From Ramazzottius varieornatus (taxonomy: Eukaryota; Animalia; Tardigrada), in NCBI GenBank assembly GCA_001949185.1, contig BDGG01000001.1, positions 6,113,591-6,177,590 on the forward strand: a DNA stretch of 64,000 nt. The letters run 5' to 3'. A model generated the notes under the pieces. That model made no database searches. It was not told the DNA's origin and worked only from the letters and a program-made list of their open reading frames with translations. The translations under genes were made by a program, and so were the position numbers. Below are positions 25,263-37,966 of the stretch, one piece after another; within the stretch, counting starts at the first letter, position 1, and the number at the start of each line of letters is the position of its first letter.

Positions 25263-26310
25263 ATGCGAACTCGGAAGCGGAAGAGCGTTGTGGAAGAAGT
25301 CGAAAACCCAGAGAAGAGTCGACTAGAAAACATCCAAAAAAAAGGTTCGTTCATCTTGTCCAGTTGCGTTTGGGAGAATTATGACCTGAGGGGTATACCC
25401 CGTATTCTACCTATTGTCTTGTCAGACTTCATCGTGGTTCAGTTTCCGGACAAGATGGCTTTGACACTGGATATGAACGCTGTCACGACAACGAAGAAAT
25501 GGGATGTGGACGACGGCGTTTCCTACGGTGAGTCCCTAGCTGCGGGTGACCAGATAGTCGTTCGTCACTCGAGAAAGATGGACGCAAAGCTGCAGTCTTC
25601 CAAAGCCAAAGTCATGATCATCACTGCGAGCAAAAATGAAGCTGAAGGTCTACGGAAACCGCTTGACGAGCAAGCCAGGAAAGCGATTGTACATGCTTCC
25701 CATATTCTACGGCTATCTCTGCTGTTAGTGCTTGCTCATCGAGTAGTTTTCAGAAAATCGCTCCAAAGAAACCTTCCGGTCCGTTGTCACCTCCCAAAAT
25801 TCAGAATGAGCGAGATTTCAAATCGGAGCTGGTCTGTGAATCTGCTGATGGACAACACGTCGACGAAGATGAAGCTTGGGTTAGCGAGTCGGCCGGAGTT
25901 GGAAAAACAGAACGGTCGGCGTCCCCACAGCTTCAGTTGGCTCAGACTTTGGATAGGCCTTACTGTTCTTTGGTCCAAGGCACAACGCTCTGGATTTGTT
26001 CGTGGGTCGTGGATTTGGGCTTCAGGCGGCCCTGGGAAGCGGTGTCGTTACTGACATTGTCGATAAGAAGATTTTCGTCTACCGCTCGTTCAAGTTCAAG
26101 TTCTATTTCTAATGGCAATGTTTCTTCTCAGGTTGGATAAACTCCTTCCATCCGGTGTCATGACGAGTGACCAAGAGTCACCAGTACCGAAGTGGTCACG
26201 GCGTTTGGCAGACGGCTGTACAACAAGAGAAAGAGTATGGACCCCGGCGAGGGTACTTCAGGAGTACAATCCAAAGACCTAGCTTTCGAATCTGATGATG
26301 AACCTTTGTG
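25263..26310 (+). CDS. Spliced ORF of unknown function, probably partly decayed and possibly transposon-associated
   Basis: MRTRKRK (NLS-like) start, AG/GT-bounded segments (DFIVVQFPDK..., KIAPKKPSGPLSPPK...) and a C-terminal ..VTAFGRRLYNKRKSMD..ESDDEPL*. Frame continuity at the 3' end is not clean. Confidence 0.35.
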
Positions 26311-29300
26311 AAAAGTCTCGCTGCTCGTTCAACTAGCCTCCCTTTTCTTCTCTATTGAGCATCCAAAATTGCGAACGATGTAGGATTCTCATTGTCTGTA
26401 GGCTAACTTTTCGAACTGCGGATGCGTGTAAGAAAACTCCGAATCAGTATCAGTCGACACTTCCGCTTTCCCCAAACATCCGCTTCTGAATGCCCTCCCG
26501 AACATGCGATACGGAAACGATGAGGTATATGACAGACCATATACCTCATCGCATCTGTTTGGTATCATTTGTGGAGTGTGGGCATCAATGACGGACGGGC
26601 TTGCCTTGTTGCTTGATCTGTAACTTGTAGGGTACGAACTGTAAAGTGGACCTCCTTTTTCTCGCCTCTCCTTACCTTCTCCCTTTACTCCGTCGCACCG
26701 TGTTGTACTGTAAGGTTCGCCCCACACCTCTTAGACCAACCTTCGAAGGCGACATTTTTCTTCCAGAAAGGGTCGACAACCGCAAATTCAAAACCGTCCA
26801 GTGATATAGTTTATGTGTCCTCTACATGTTAACCAGCAAAATTGACTTGACAACCTTTATAGTCTTCAAGACAAAAAATTATGAAGTTGGTTGGGTCAAC
26901 CCGAAGCCTTTCTGTTACGGTGTATTTTTCGGAGAGAGCGACCGGGTCCACTAGGCATGTGCACTGTGCATGCTGATTTACTACCCGTTGGTTTGCCGTA
27001 CCACCGCCAGTCTTCACTGCGGAGAGCGCAATGAAGAAAAAGGCAGTACAATAATCAACGGACAAGGGCTCTACTGACCAGCGCAATATCCTCTGCAGGC
27101 AGAGGGTGGAAGTTGACTGGTCAAGTCTATGTCCCACTGCCCTGCTGAGTAAACAAACTTTGAAGCGTCACGCTGAACAGTCGACCCGATCACGATTAAA
27201 ATTTGACCAAAAATTTACGAATAATCACAAAAATTATCCAAAACACTTTCTCGAGCGGTGACACTTGTGTCCACGAAGTGTTAGTTTTGGAGACCGCAAC
27301 CGTCTGTGGTTCCTAAGAAATCGGCCTCAAAGGGAGTTACTCTGGCATTTATCGGTCGGCGTTGCAAGTCGCCGTTTGAAAAAAACTATTACTTCGTAGG
27401 CGAAGTTGTTGTCTACAACTTTCATACTGGTTGGCTCTTGACCAAACTCGCGAGTTGAAATAGAATGCTGCAAAACCAAAATCGTGTTTGTTGGTCCACA
27501 GCAGCGCACTTTAGCGTGTTTTGTGCGTTGCGTGCACCAGTAAATTGTAGTATGACCATTACTCCAACAAACGGGTCTTTACACGGAAAACTTTCCTCCA
27601 CTTCTCGTACCTAATTGTTTCCCGGAAGGGCCAGAATACGCGATAAGCTCTCCTGAAACAGCTTGCTTTTTTTAATCGGTCATTGACGCTGTTATTAGCT
27701 CAATTGATAACCTTCATCGTCAAGTATACAATGCGGTTAATCAGCGCACATATGTCGTAATGTCCACTAAACCTGACCGAGTACAGTCAAGCACCGTTTT
27801 CTCCCACGGCAGATTCGGTTACTTCAGAAGTAAAATACTATAAAACCATCAAGTCTCAGAATCTCGGGGCATGAGTATTTGAATGACAACGTCCTCACTG
27901 CATCAGCCTTTTCCGCATAGTCAAGTTCCCATCAGACCATGCTCTTGACTTCCTGGTAGCATGGGCCACATTCGAACCCTGTAGTCAAGTCAGACGTTTG
28001 CTTTTTGATCAACCATCTTACACTATATGAAAACGATCACAGTCACAATTATACCCACGAGGATACAATCAAAGATCACCGGGGGTATTTTGAACTTCCG
28101 GCACTGCTGTTTACGACTGCGTTATGAAGGCCTCGTTGAGCCGTCATTGCACCTTCACTTTCCGTGACCGTTGGAGTCATTGTGATGGTGGATGATCTTT
28201 GTGACGCACTTCCGGAGAAGTATTATTGCGTCTATCGTGTACAGCTGGTTCCGAGTGAAAAACGGTTGCAGTTCCGGACATACATCGTTTCTAGCTGTCT
28301 ATCGTTTCGGTTTGCGTCTTGCAAATTTGGATCGCGTTTCCCATTCCAAGATCAACGTAAATTTTAATTCCCGTCAGACCATCGATAAATGTTCCGTTCG
28401 CGAGCATTTGGACTATCAGATGACCGACCAGATGGCCCCCATAAACATCTCTACAAGAACAGGTATTGTTGACATCGTCACCCTTCGGTCAAGGTAGACT
28501 TGGAGTTGGAGTATAGGCGCCGGAGCAGTTGCCTCGTTCCAGCATTTCCGACGCAGCTGCATAGATCTGAGAGTTAAAGTTGCGTTCAACAGAAATTTTG
28601 TGTTCGTTCGATCTCTGCAAGTTTTTGGATAAGTCAGAGCAACTTATGAGCAATAATGCAAAATTAGAGCCTAGGCTTGGAAGTCATTCGTTGAAAAACT
28701 TTGGAAAGTCTATGACGGAAGGTCTTTTGAGTGCTCCACGTTCTAGAAAACATTACGTAGTTCCTTCCCCCTTGTACGCTTGAGTTTGACTCCAGCAGTG
28801 AATGAAACAGGCAGTCTAGTGCCTGGTTTGAGCAGAAGGAAGTCAAGCCGGACCGCAGCCAAGACAAAGGAAATGAAGATATAATTTTTACAAAGCAAAA
28901 GTGCGCAAGTGAAACGGGGTAAATCCATCTGGTGCAGCCGGATCACCAGCTGCATTCGAAAACCCTTCCGTTTTCTCCACCCCGTTTTGCTTTCTGATAA
29001 AAATTAGCTTCTAGTTTGTATGTCCTTCATACTCTAGTTTCTATTTACGGAAGCGCTAAAATCCATCTATCCCAAATTTTCAAAAGACTGTATTTCCACC
29101 ATCGATGCGGATAACGGTAGAATAACAGCACAAAATGCGCGAGTTTAAGAAGAAAATAAAAAACAGCTTTTTGCATCTTTTCAATAAATTATTTCTCTTT
29201 CTGTGCGAGAACCAGGTACCTCATTTGCTGAGGATGGTGGCTAGATTTGATCGGCTATCTTTCGGACGCGTGTTCTGGAAAATAACACTTTCAGGTGGTC

Positions 29301-29326
29301 TATGCCTCAAAACTTATTGAACCCCC

Positions 29327-29448
29327 TATGTAGGTATTATGGTTATTCAGATGACGTAGCAACTTGCGAGCTGCGGTCACTCCGGCCAGCCTTCTTTTAT
29401 TTACCTCTTCTTGAACTAACGGCAAAAACTTTCCTTGCTTGGATGATG
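29327..29448. repeat. 122-bp dispersed direct repeat, copy 1
   Basis: High identity to 52077-52198 (TATGTAGGTATTAT...TTCCTTGCTTGGATGATG). Confidence 0.9.
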
Positions 29449-29560
29449 AGACCACAACGCCGATCGCGAACAAACCTACAAGACTAAAGGCTTGATTGCC
29501 CTCTGTCCATAGTGAAAAATCATGAAGTTGATTGTATGTTCAGAGATCGACTTTTACTAA

Positions 29561-30620
29561 CAAGGGGATTTTTCCAATCCGCCGCCTCTGATCCTCAAAC
29601 CGACGCTCCAGGTGGATACAGAAGAGTTTCCTCTATTGACGGAGCCGAAATCCTACTCGTCATTCCGTCTTGAAATAAACGGGAGGGTTCGGAATTGACA
29701 GTCCATTAACCGCTAAAGTGCGCCGCGATGACGTAAAAGTTTCTCGATTGTCACTTTGATTGACCACAAATCGCTCAGCTGATCGCCCGTACAGTACTGT
29801 ACAGTACTGTGAACTTTTCCCGCACCAAACGCTAGAAATAAACAAAAGCAAGCCGTTCGCTGCACAGTCACAGTACGGGCGATCAGCTGAGCGCTTTGTG
29901 GTCAATGAAAGTGAGAATCAAGAAACCTTTACGTCGTCACAGCTTTTGGTTCACCAGTACATAGTAAATTCTATCACAGTTTTCTTCAATTGACTGATCA
30001 ACGAAAATAATCACGGTGGACATAAGAAGTTGAGCGACAGTTGCTGATTTCTATACGAACAGACGAAAACAGGCCGAACTGGCACGTGCTGGAACCGAAA
30101 ACGCACCATGACAAGCCATACGGTAGTGCAACCATTTTGCCACCAGCAGTGCTGTCCAATACTGTCGGAACTGCGATTTCTGACTGACGGAGGGCGTAGT
30201 TCTCAAGTCGAGCAGCTTGCGACACAATGCGTACCCAGCTAAAGCTGCGCATCAGGTAGTACTCATAGCCAACCAGAACGATGTGGCTGCGCACGGTGCC
30301 AGTGAGTGGGAAAGGATTAGCATTGCCAGATGGCCAGTTTCGGCTCGAGTTCTAGCACGGAATCCGCAGATTTCGTATGAAATATCCTCTTACCGCAGAC
30401 CATATTAAACCACATAAACCAGTGGTTTATATGGTTTGGCGTGAGGTCGAATCCGGTTTGAGTGGTTTGGTTTGAGATGCCAATTGGTTCGAGGTGGTTT
30501 GGTTTGGATGTCAAACCACCAACCACATAAACCATATAAACCACTTTCTAAATGGTCTGATCTGGTTTTTAACAGCTCTAGTTTGAGGATCAGAGGCGGC
30601 GGATTGGAAAAATCCCCTTG
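29561..30620. mobile_element. Non-autonomous TIR element with 3-bp TAA TSD (PIF/Harbinger-like), patchwork interior
   Basis: Perfect 40-bp TIRs CAAGGGGATTTTTCCAATCCGCCGCCTCTGATCCTCAAAC, with TAA at 29558-29560 and 30621-30623. Confidence 0.88.
29727..29938. repeat. Long imperfect inverted repeat (66-bp arms, about 80-bp loop)
   Basis: Arm 29727-29792 (GATGACGTAAAAG...CGCTCAGCTGATCGCCCGTAC) pairs with arm 29873-29938. Confidence 0.9.
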
Positions 30621-30829
30621 TAAGACAAGACTATAGGGCAGTAAACAACATAACAGAACTCGACCAAAACGTAAAATTTCCTTTGTTGCATCGACGGTGT
30701 CTAGGTGTCCAGGTGTCATCTTTAATTTCGAAGCCGCGAATAGAGTACGAGGGAAAGACAACATGAATTTAAAAGAAACTGTTGTATTCTGATTTGTATT
30801 CAACTTTGTTCGTTATCAAATGGTAGATA

Positions 30830-33521
30830 CACGAACGACGAGATATTATGGGCCAGTAAAAATTACGGACCAGGCCCTTTCGCTACGGCGGCACGGGCAG
30901 GTGATTCTTGCTACAAGTAAAAACCAGCTGCCCTGCTATACGTACGTGCTTGATATTGGGCCGAGGAGCTAACACTTGTGACATTAACTTTATTATAGTT
31001 ATTAGATCTCTATTTTAACGGAGCAAACACACTTTCAAGAGTCAGAGGAAAATATCATGTGAATTGTGGAATCTCTAATCGCAATGGTACTCGGAGCAAA
31101 AATCACTGGGTCGAACGAAGCATCTACTGCAGTTTTGTCTTGCTCGATCTTGCACGTTTCTTTGGAGGAACTGATACTAGCGCGCACATATCAGCAGACT
31201 CTAGAAAACAGTCGGAAAGTCTTTCAGAGGAACTTTCTTCTTACGACTCTTTTTTGGTTTGAGTTCTGGTTTAGATGCGGTGGAATACTCGTAGGCGGTG
31301 AAGGTTCTCCAGCCATCTCCTTTCTTTTTCTGTCCAGACGGCTCTTCGGTGTAGATTTGCTCGGCACTTTTCGCGACTTCAGACGCTCCTCGATTCCCTG
31401 AATATAGTCCCTGTTCAGCATGTTTCTGGCTGCCTCGACCGTAATCCGGGTATCTTTCGTCTTTCGCTGCTTCTTTGGCTTAGAGAAAGCAAATGCTTTC
31501 CCTGCTGCAGCAAGAACCGAATCCGGTACACTCTCGTAACCGGATCGGATGACACCGATTGACTCAAGACTGGCTTCCACCATGGCATCGCTCATTCCGA
31601 CCCTGTTGGAACGTAAAATGTCGGCTATTGTCTTCATGGGGTAGATTTCTCTGCTCAGCTCTGGCACCGGAGGTGCGTCGAACTTGACCGGCTCTTTGTC
31701 GACCGTTGCGCGAATAATGACGGGGAAAAGGACAAAATTCCGGTGTTTTGAGAACCGCTTTTCAACGAGGATTCAAATTCGAAAGAGAACCGGCAGTCGA
31801 CGGCGTACATAGCTTCGCCAAATGTCCAGGAAATGTGTTTCGAGTTACCTGGATATCAAAAACTGGGTGTCAAAAATATTACTTATGGGTTAACGTCGTA
31901 TACGTAGAGAGCGCTGGAAGTACTAAAAAAGTTCTTCATTTGGCCCTTTTCCTACGAGTTTACTTGTCATGGCCAAACTTGCCTGATAATCCATGAACAC
32001 TTCGTAGAAAAAGGCCAAATTGTGGACCTTTTTGCTACCTCGTTCCACCTCTGGTCATATAGCAAACTCAAACAACTTGATTTTTCCTCGAACTGTGGAT
32101 CAACATGATGGAACAACTTGTAGTCCGACCATTTTGCCTTCATGGTTCCAAACGGTCTGCTGTCTAGCGGCTGTAGCTTATCCGTCTGCCCGGAAGGAAG
32201 ACATGTGAGACGAATATCTTTGCCAGACTCGATGCAGAGTTTGAAAAGTGGGATGTTCGTTATGTGACTGTAAAGGTCATCCATAAATACAACACAATGT
32301 AACGAGCCATGCATTCAAGATTACTTCACTGGCGGATATGAACAGATTCACAAATGAAGTGGAATGTACATTTTCGGGAGCGTTAGGTAGCACTTCCTGT
32401 CAAAAGTATACAGCCAGCACTTTGTGGTCCATTGTTCCCGACTGATTAACCGCAACTTACAGTTTGTCGTCTGTGTTCTCGTACATGCTACCCACATGCA
32501 TCTTTCCGTCGAAGAGAATCAACGGCTTGAACATCCGGCCAGCTGCATTTCCGCTGAATAGCGTAGTTACTTGGTCCTTTGTTCAGCCTTCTGTATGAGA
32601 AACTACATGCTTCCTCCCCTTCTCCGCATACACCTTCTCCCTCTCGAATCCAAGGATGAAACCGAACTCATCTAGATTAATGATTCCTTCGGGATTCGGC
32701 AAGTAGCGTTGCGCTTCCAGCTCACTAAGCAGCTCGATCCACAGTTCTGCGCGTTCCACAGTCCATTCTCGAGCTTTCTTCCTGTCGACGTTTGAAGCTA
32801 AGCGAACGGAGATTTCTCTGTTCTTTTAGGAAACGGCGATGCCATTCATTACTGAGAACTGTCCCAACACCTGGAGGAAATTGACGGTCAAAACTTGTGA
32901 TCCGATAAGGCTTAGATTGTGGGGAAAGTGAAGACAACTATACCTTTAGATATTCCCATCTCATCCACAAACACACGCATTTGAGTCTTTTTGAGTGGAA
33001 ATCCAGTATTCTCAAATTTTTTCCGGCAGGTCGACCATCATTCTTTCTTCGGAAGTATTCAGCTTTCTTCCTCGACCGATCTTGTTTGCTGAGGTGTCTT
33101 CGACATAGCGTTTGACAGTGGTGCGCGGAACTTTAAACAAACGAGCTCCTTCGCGTTGTGCCATTCCATTCTCGACAGCAGATAGAGCATCCTTCAGAGC
33201 TTCTTGGGTGTATCGTCGATGCCGCTGGGTCTTGAAAGGCTGGGACATTTGCAAAAGCGCTTACGGAGAGGATATCGGGACAGGCAGTCGAGAGCTTCTC
33301 CCAGAGAAGGTCGAATAGCTATGCCCAGCAGCGTTGAAGTGTTAACGTAAAACACCTGATCAGCTGATGGCCACTGTCCATAACAATTTTCTACGGTTGA
33401 ATTTTATAACGTTACGTCATTTATCCGATTTCTGTTTCTGACTACCATACAAACTGTAAATTTGCCGTCTTTTCCGCCTGACCCGTAAATTTTACTGCCC
33501 CATAATATCCCGTCGTTCGTG
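30830..33521 (-). mobile_element. pogo/Tigger-like DNA transposon with decayed DDE transposase
   Basis: TIRs of about 46 bp (CACGAACGACGAGATATTATGGGCCAG / CTGCCCCATAATATCCCGTCGTTCGTG) with a TA TSD. HTH_psq RYTQEALKDALSAVENGMAQREGARLFKVPRTT, plus INLDEFGF, MDDLYSH and TDKLQPLD motifs in broken frames. Confidence 0.92.
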
Positions 33522-33679
33522 TACTGATCTCTTCGTTCCATTTTTCCACAAAATTGAGGCATCACATAAAATTGACAGTGTACATTGACACACTCCGCAA
33601 ACCGTTACTTGTGCATTCGCTTACGATTGAAGAACCTGGGCAATAAAACTCACTAGTAACTCACGGTAAAAAAGAATCC

Positions 33680-36600
33680 CTATGCAGTCTGCAGGATTTC
33701 GCTCGTCCGCGCTTGCTCTATGGCGATGTACTTGAATTTTCCGAGCGAATTCTTGGCAGCTTTTTCCTTTCGCAGTTTGTCACGAACATGGAGGAGACTG
33801 ATAAGCAGAAAGAGCAGAGCCACTGGGCCCACCGTTACGGCAACGAACAAAAGAATCTCTTCGTTCGAAAACAATGGTGGTTCTGAGCTGCTTATAAACA
33901 GTTGGCAGGATCTGCATATCACAGCTTCATTAGATGTCCGGTTTGCAACGGTTATGAAGATACTTCCGGCGTTTCTGATGCCAAGAAAACTGCATGTCAA
34001 GGTTTGATTTTCAGTTTTCGTCAAGTTCTCACAGAAGTACGGTCCGGCGCTGACTGCTAGTTGTGAGACATCAGCATCAGGTTTTAGGTTGTAGGTGTAC
34101 AGAACCACTTCGAAGGGTGGACGTTCCGAATGGTCTTTCCGGTCAATTTTTACAATTTGAAAGTCGCCGGGCTGATCATTCTCCGATAGCCATTTCGGGC
34201 AGTCCTCGGCAATGGTGTCACCGGTTTCCTTCTCGATCCTGGTTGTACATTTTCCATTTGCCCACATGCAAACGTCCAGACCACTGCAATAAGTGCACAA
34301 GTTGACTGTCGAGCAATAAATCAAACGAATTCTCGAGTTTGCCAGTTCGCGTTTGCTGCCTTCTCGGTCATCCATGGTGTGAACCAACGAAACGGTGAAC
34401 TGTCCTTCGACTCGGCGGTCTGGACGATCCGCACACGTCTCGTACTTCAGGTGCCTGATGGGCATGTCACAATGGAAATTTCTGGTTCGTAAATTAGATT
34501 CAGTTTTCGTCCTTATGAGCACTCTTGTGGTTTTGATGGAGGAATTCCCTCTGTTGAGAAACCGAAATTCGCAGGACAAACGCTTCAGATAGGAGCCATT
34601 TTCAGGTAGTCCGTCAGCTCTGAACATGACTTCGAAAGGCGCAGAGGCCGAATGTCGAGCAACGTAATGTGTAGCGTGACGTTTTCCTCCGACCTGAAAA
34701 TGAGTCTCGCGAATCGTCTTACATGAAACGCTTGAGTAAAGTCAGGATGCGATGGATTTGTATCAACAGCGAGATCGAATAAGTGATACAATACCTGGGT
34801 TGACAGGTCAAGGCGCTTCGCGGAATCCCGTGTAATCGTTTCGTCGTCAACCGCAATCGTAAAGCCGGAACTTCGCGGTGAAAAGATTGGGCAGTTCGAC
34901 GGCTCTTTGGACCAAGTATTAAGCCACAGCTCCGGTGCGGTTTCACGTTTCTCGTCATCGAAGGCACTCTGGCAAGATGCCTGTGTCGAACACCTTAAAC
35001 ATATCGCATGACTTAGTATCGTGACCAGAGTCCATTCGTTCGAGATTTGTACAAAATGATCCGATTTCAAAACACGAAAATCAATCAAATTTAGTGATAC
35101 TGCTCGCCATGCAACACAGCCTGATTTCTGCGGCTTGATTACTTGATTACACCGAAACACTGTGTAATGTACACGTGCCTGGCCTAAATATAGGGATGGA
35201 CAAAAATATGGGGAAGGAGCGAAAGCGACACGGGCCAGCTGTGGTTGTCCAATCAACTGAATCAATCGAAGCACAGTCGCTTCGTCCGTCCCCATATTTT
35301 TGTCCATCCCCACATTTCGTGTACGTGTCACGTAATTTTGGCCAGCACAGTACAGTAGCTTGGCATGCTGCGTGATGAGTGTTTGGCAGGCATCAAATCG
35401 AAACCGAAAACTGTACACATTTCGAGCGAGTGGACCGTATCATAAAAATAGTCCGTGCCTCAGAGCACGAATGAACTCCCTACCTCTGTTCCATCGAACA
35501 CCACCCACAGAAGATATTTGTGTTTTGCCCATCGGCGACACAATCGTGGCAGTTATTAAAATGACCACAGCGGTCAGTGTCGAGTTTGAGAACCTGCTTG
35601 TCGGTCAGCGCGCAGATCCAGTTGAGCGACGTTTCAATCTGACGCACTTGTGTCCTGTTTGTATCGTAGAAGTGGTACTCCAGCTCGCGGACCCACTTCG
35701 AATTCTTTGATGTCTTCCACGATATCTACATGAAACAAGAATATAGTCTACCAGGATGATAGCCACTGTGCAAATCAAGGAAAGTTTACATTTATGAGAG
35801 AGATCAATTGTCGTTCATGCGCCACCAATATGGGTTTGCCGTCCAGAATGGCGGTTCGGAGAGATAGGACTGTTGTATGGGGGAAAACCACCATCTCATG
35901 TGCACGCCACGTGTGGTTATATTCTGTCTGTTTGGAATGTAATTATTTTGCAGCCATAGCTTGATATCGATGATGCCCAAGACCAGGACGAGCCGAGTTC
36001 CACGGAACTTTTAACAGATGTTGAAAACCTTACTTCGTTCAACTGATCCCTCCATCCCTTGAAATCATCCAGAACGAAGCGACACAGTGACGAGTCGTCT
36101 CGCATATTTGCTTGCATGTGAAATGCTACGTAGAGAACATTCGCGGAAGTCCCTGGGAATTGTTCGGAGCTGTGTTGCCTTATCGCAATGGCTGCTGTAG
36201 CTTGCTCAAAATCGTCAAGCCAATTGTCTTCTGTTTTGACACATTTGAGGACTCGTGAACCCTGCAAGCTCCACTTTGTCTTCTGTAGACCATACACGTG
36301 AAGTTCTGTGATGAACTGGTCATGATCTTCATTACGTTCGACTTCTTTGTTTTTCAGAATGACAGCAAACAAAGAACGGTTGTCGGCCTTGTAGCCGTAT
36401 AAGTAACGTGAGCCTGCTGGAAGATCGAGTTCCATGTTTTCGAACTGCAGTACTCGTTGCATACAGCTCATACGGGTGTCTTTCGACACGTTTGTTGACC
36501 ACGGTGGTGGGTCCCGCGCATGTAAACGTGAGGAAAGTAAAGGACTGGTACCGACGTCAAGTTGCACAGTGGTTTCGGTCTCTGCAAGGTTTCCGCAGTT

Positions 36601-36999
36601 GATACGCACGGCATTCACAGGAGGTGAATTTTGGCAGTGAAAGCGGTGTCCTCCGAACTGCAATAACGCAGGTAAAATTACGAAATGGTGTCTCCTTCGA
36701 GTTGTTGTATGGACAGCATTACCTACCCATAAGCTAGAGCTGTTCAGTTTGCAAGCAGATGTGCGTCGCTCCCGTAACTCTTGGTCCAGCACAGTCAAGT
36801 GATCGGGACTATACAGGAACAAATCGTAGTCGGTGGGCAATGTTGCCATGAGAAAACTTTTAGACAGACTTCCAAGGTGATATTCAAACGCTGCGTCTCT
36901 GTGGCTGTTGGCAATCGGTGCCCACCATAGTACGAGACCCGCAGTCAGCACAATTTCGCGACGAAACGTTGGTAGAAATATTGGGATACTGAGCATCAT
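33680..36999 (-). CDS. Plexin/Met-like receptor (Sema-like + PSI + IPT + TM) with a short cytoplasmic tail; about 5 exons
   Basis: Hydrophobic N-terminus. Sema-like LKC..ATAA..VLYVAF..SSLCRFVL. A PSI domain, RCGHFNNCHDCVADGQNTNIFCGWCSMEQR|RCSTQASC, assembled across exons. A second PSI (CSTVNLCTYCSGLDVCMWANGKC), an IPT-like VSAGPYFC..LTC and the TM segment ILLFVAVTVGPVALLFLLISLL. Confidence 0.8.
35191..35312. mobile_element. Small MITE in an intron of the plexin-like gene
   Basis: 24-bp TIRs TAGGGATGGACAAAAATATGGGGA / TCCCCATATTTTTGTCCATCCCCA. No clear TSD. Confidence 0.75.
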
Positions 37000-37966
37000 A
37001 TATGTGAAAGAAAGTAAATCAAAACACAATACGGCAGCAGGGCAAATCAGGCCATAGGCATATTAGTAACAACAGTTTCGAGGAAACCTTACAAATGCGT
37101 GTCAAAACTCGGGTATGCGTTTTGTAACGTGTGTATTTGGGTTTTGACCGTTTGTACAAAACCGTGTCATACAAACAATGATATTGCTACCGGTGCTGCT
37201 GCACCTTCAGCCGTTTCAGTTGGCGAAATTCGATAAGTTTTGTAGGTCAGATTATGGCATGAGACGTCTGCTGATGATGTGGATAAACCGGGCAATCAAC
37301 GATGTGCCCATCCTGTATTTGTTGTCAAAAATACTATGTCAAAAATGCCTTCCTGCAGCTGATCGCATGACAGAATTCATCAGTCAATGGTAGCAGTAAC
37401 ACGTTACCACCTGAAGGTGAGACTTGGTAAACATCGTACTAATTTTTCACGGAATGTCATATTTAGTTAGATGAAGCAGACACCAGCCATTAAGACATGG
37501 GCAAGGCTGACCGTTCTTCAGAACAGCAGTACCTGAGAGATCGAGATCTGCTCCAAGACTTGGTCGACAACACACCCACAAGGCATTCTTCTGCATGCAC
37601 TGTCATGCCGTGTAGCCTGCTTGACTTGTCCGCTAGGCCTCGGCCAGATCCGTATGCCATGCAGTGTTCCTCGTCTGGGAGAATACATTTATGCAGAAAA
37701 ATTCGTGGTCTCAGCGAGCAGAAAAAATTCAAGCTAAACATTCTGCATTGGTCGGAGTGTTTTTCGAAATGTTCTCGGACCGCGGGAATTACTGTAGCTG
37801 TAGAATGAATGCTTCGTTAGCACAACCCTTTTGTTACGTGCACCAAAGTTGTAAGACTATGTTTTACTCGTTTGCTGTACAGTAGTTCATCTCACTTAGG
37901 AGTGGAGCCACTCTAGAACTCATGGCTTACTTCCAGTGTGCGAATTTGTGCGAATTTGTGCGAATA

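Noticed and set aside
29660-29993. Mirror ORFs MTTKRSADRPY / MTTNRSADRPY
   Set aside because: By-product of the inverted repeat, with non-ATG starts.
34585-35418. 277-aa ORF as a separate gene
   Set aside because: It runs through an intron and MITE; only its middle part is an exon of the plexin-like gene.
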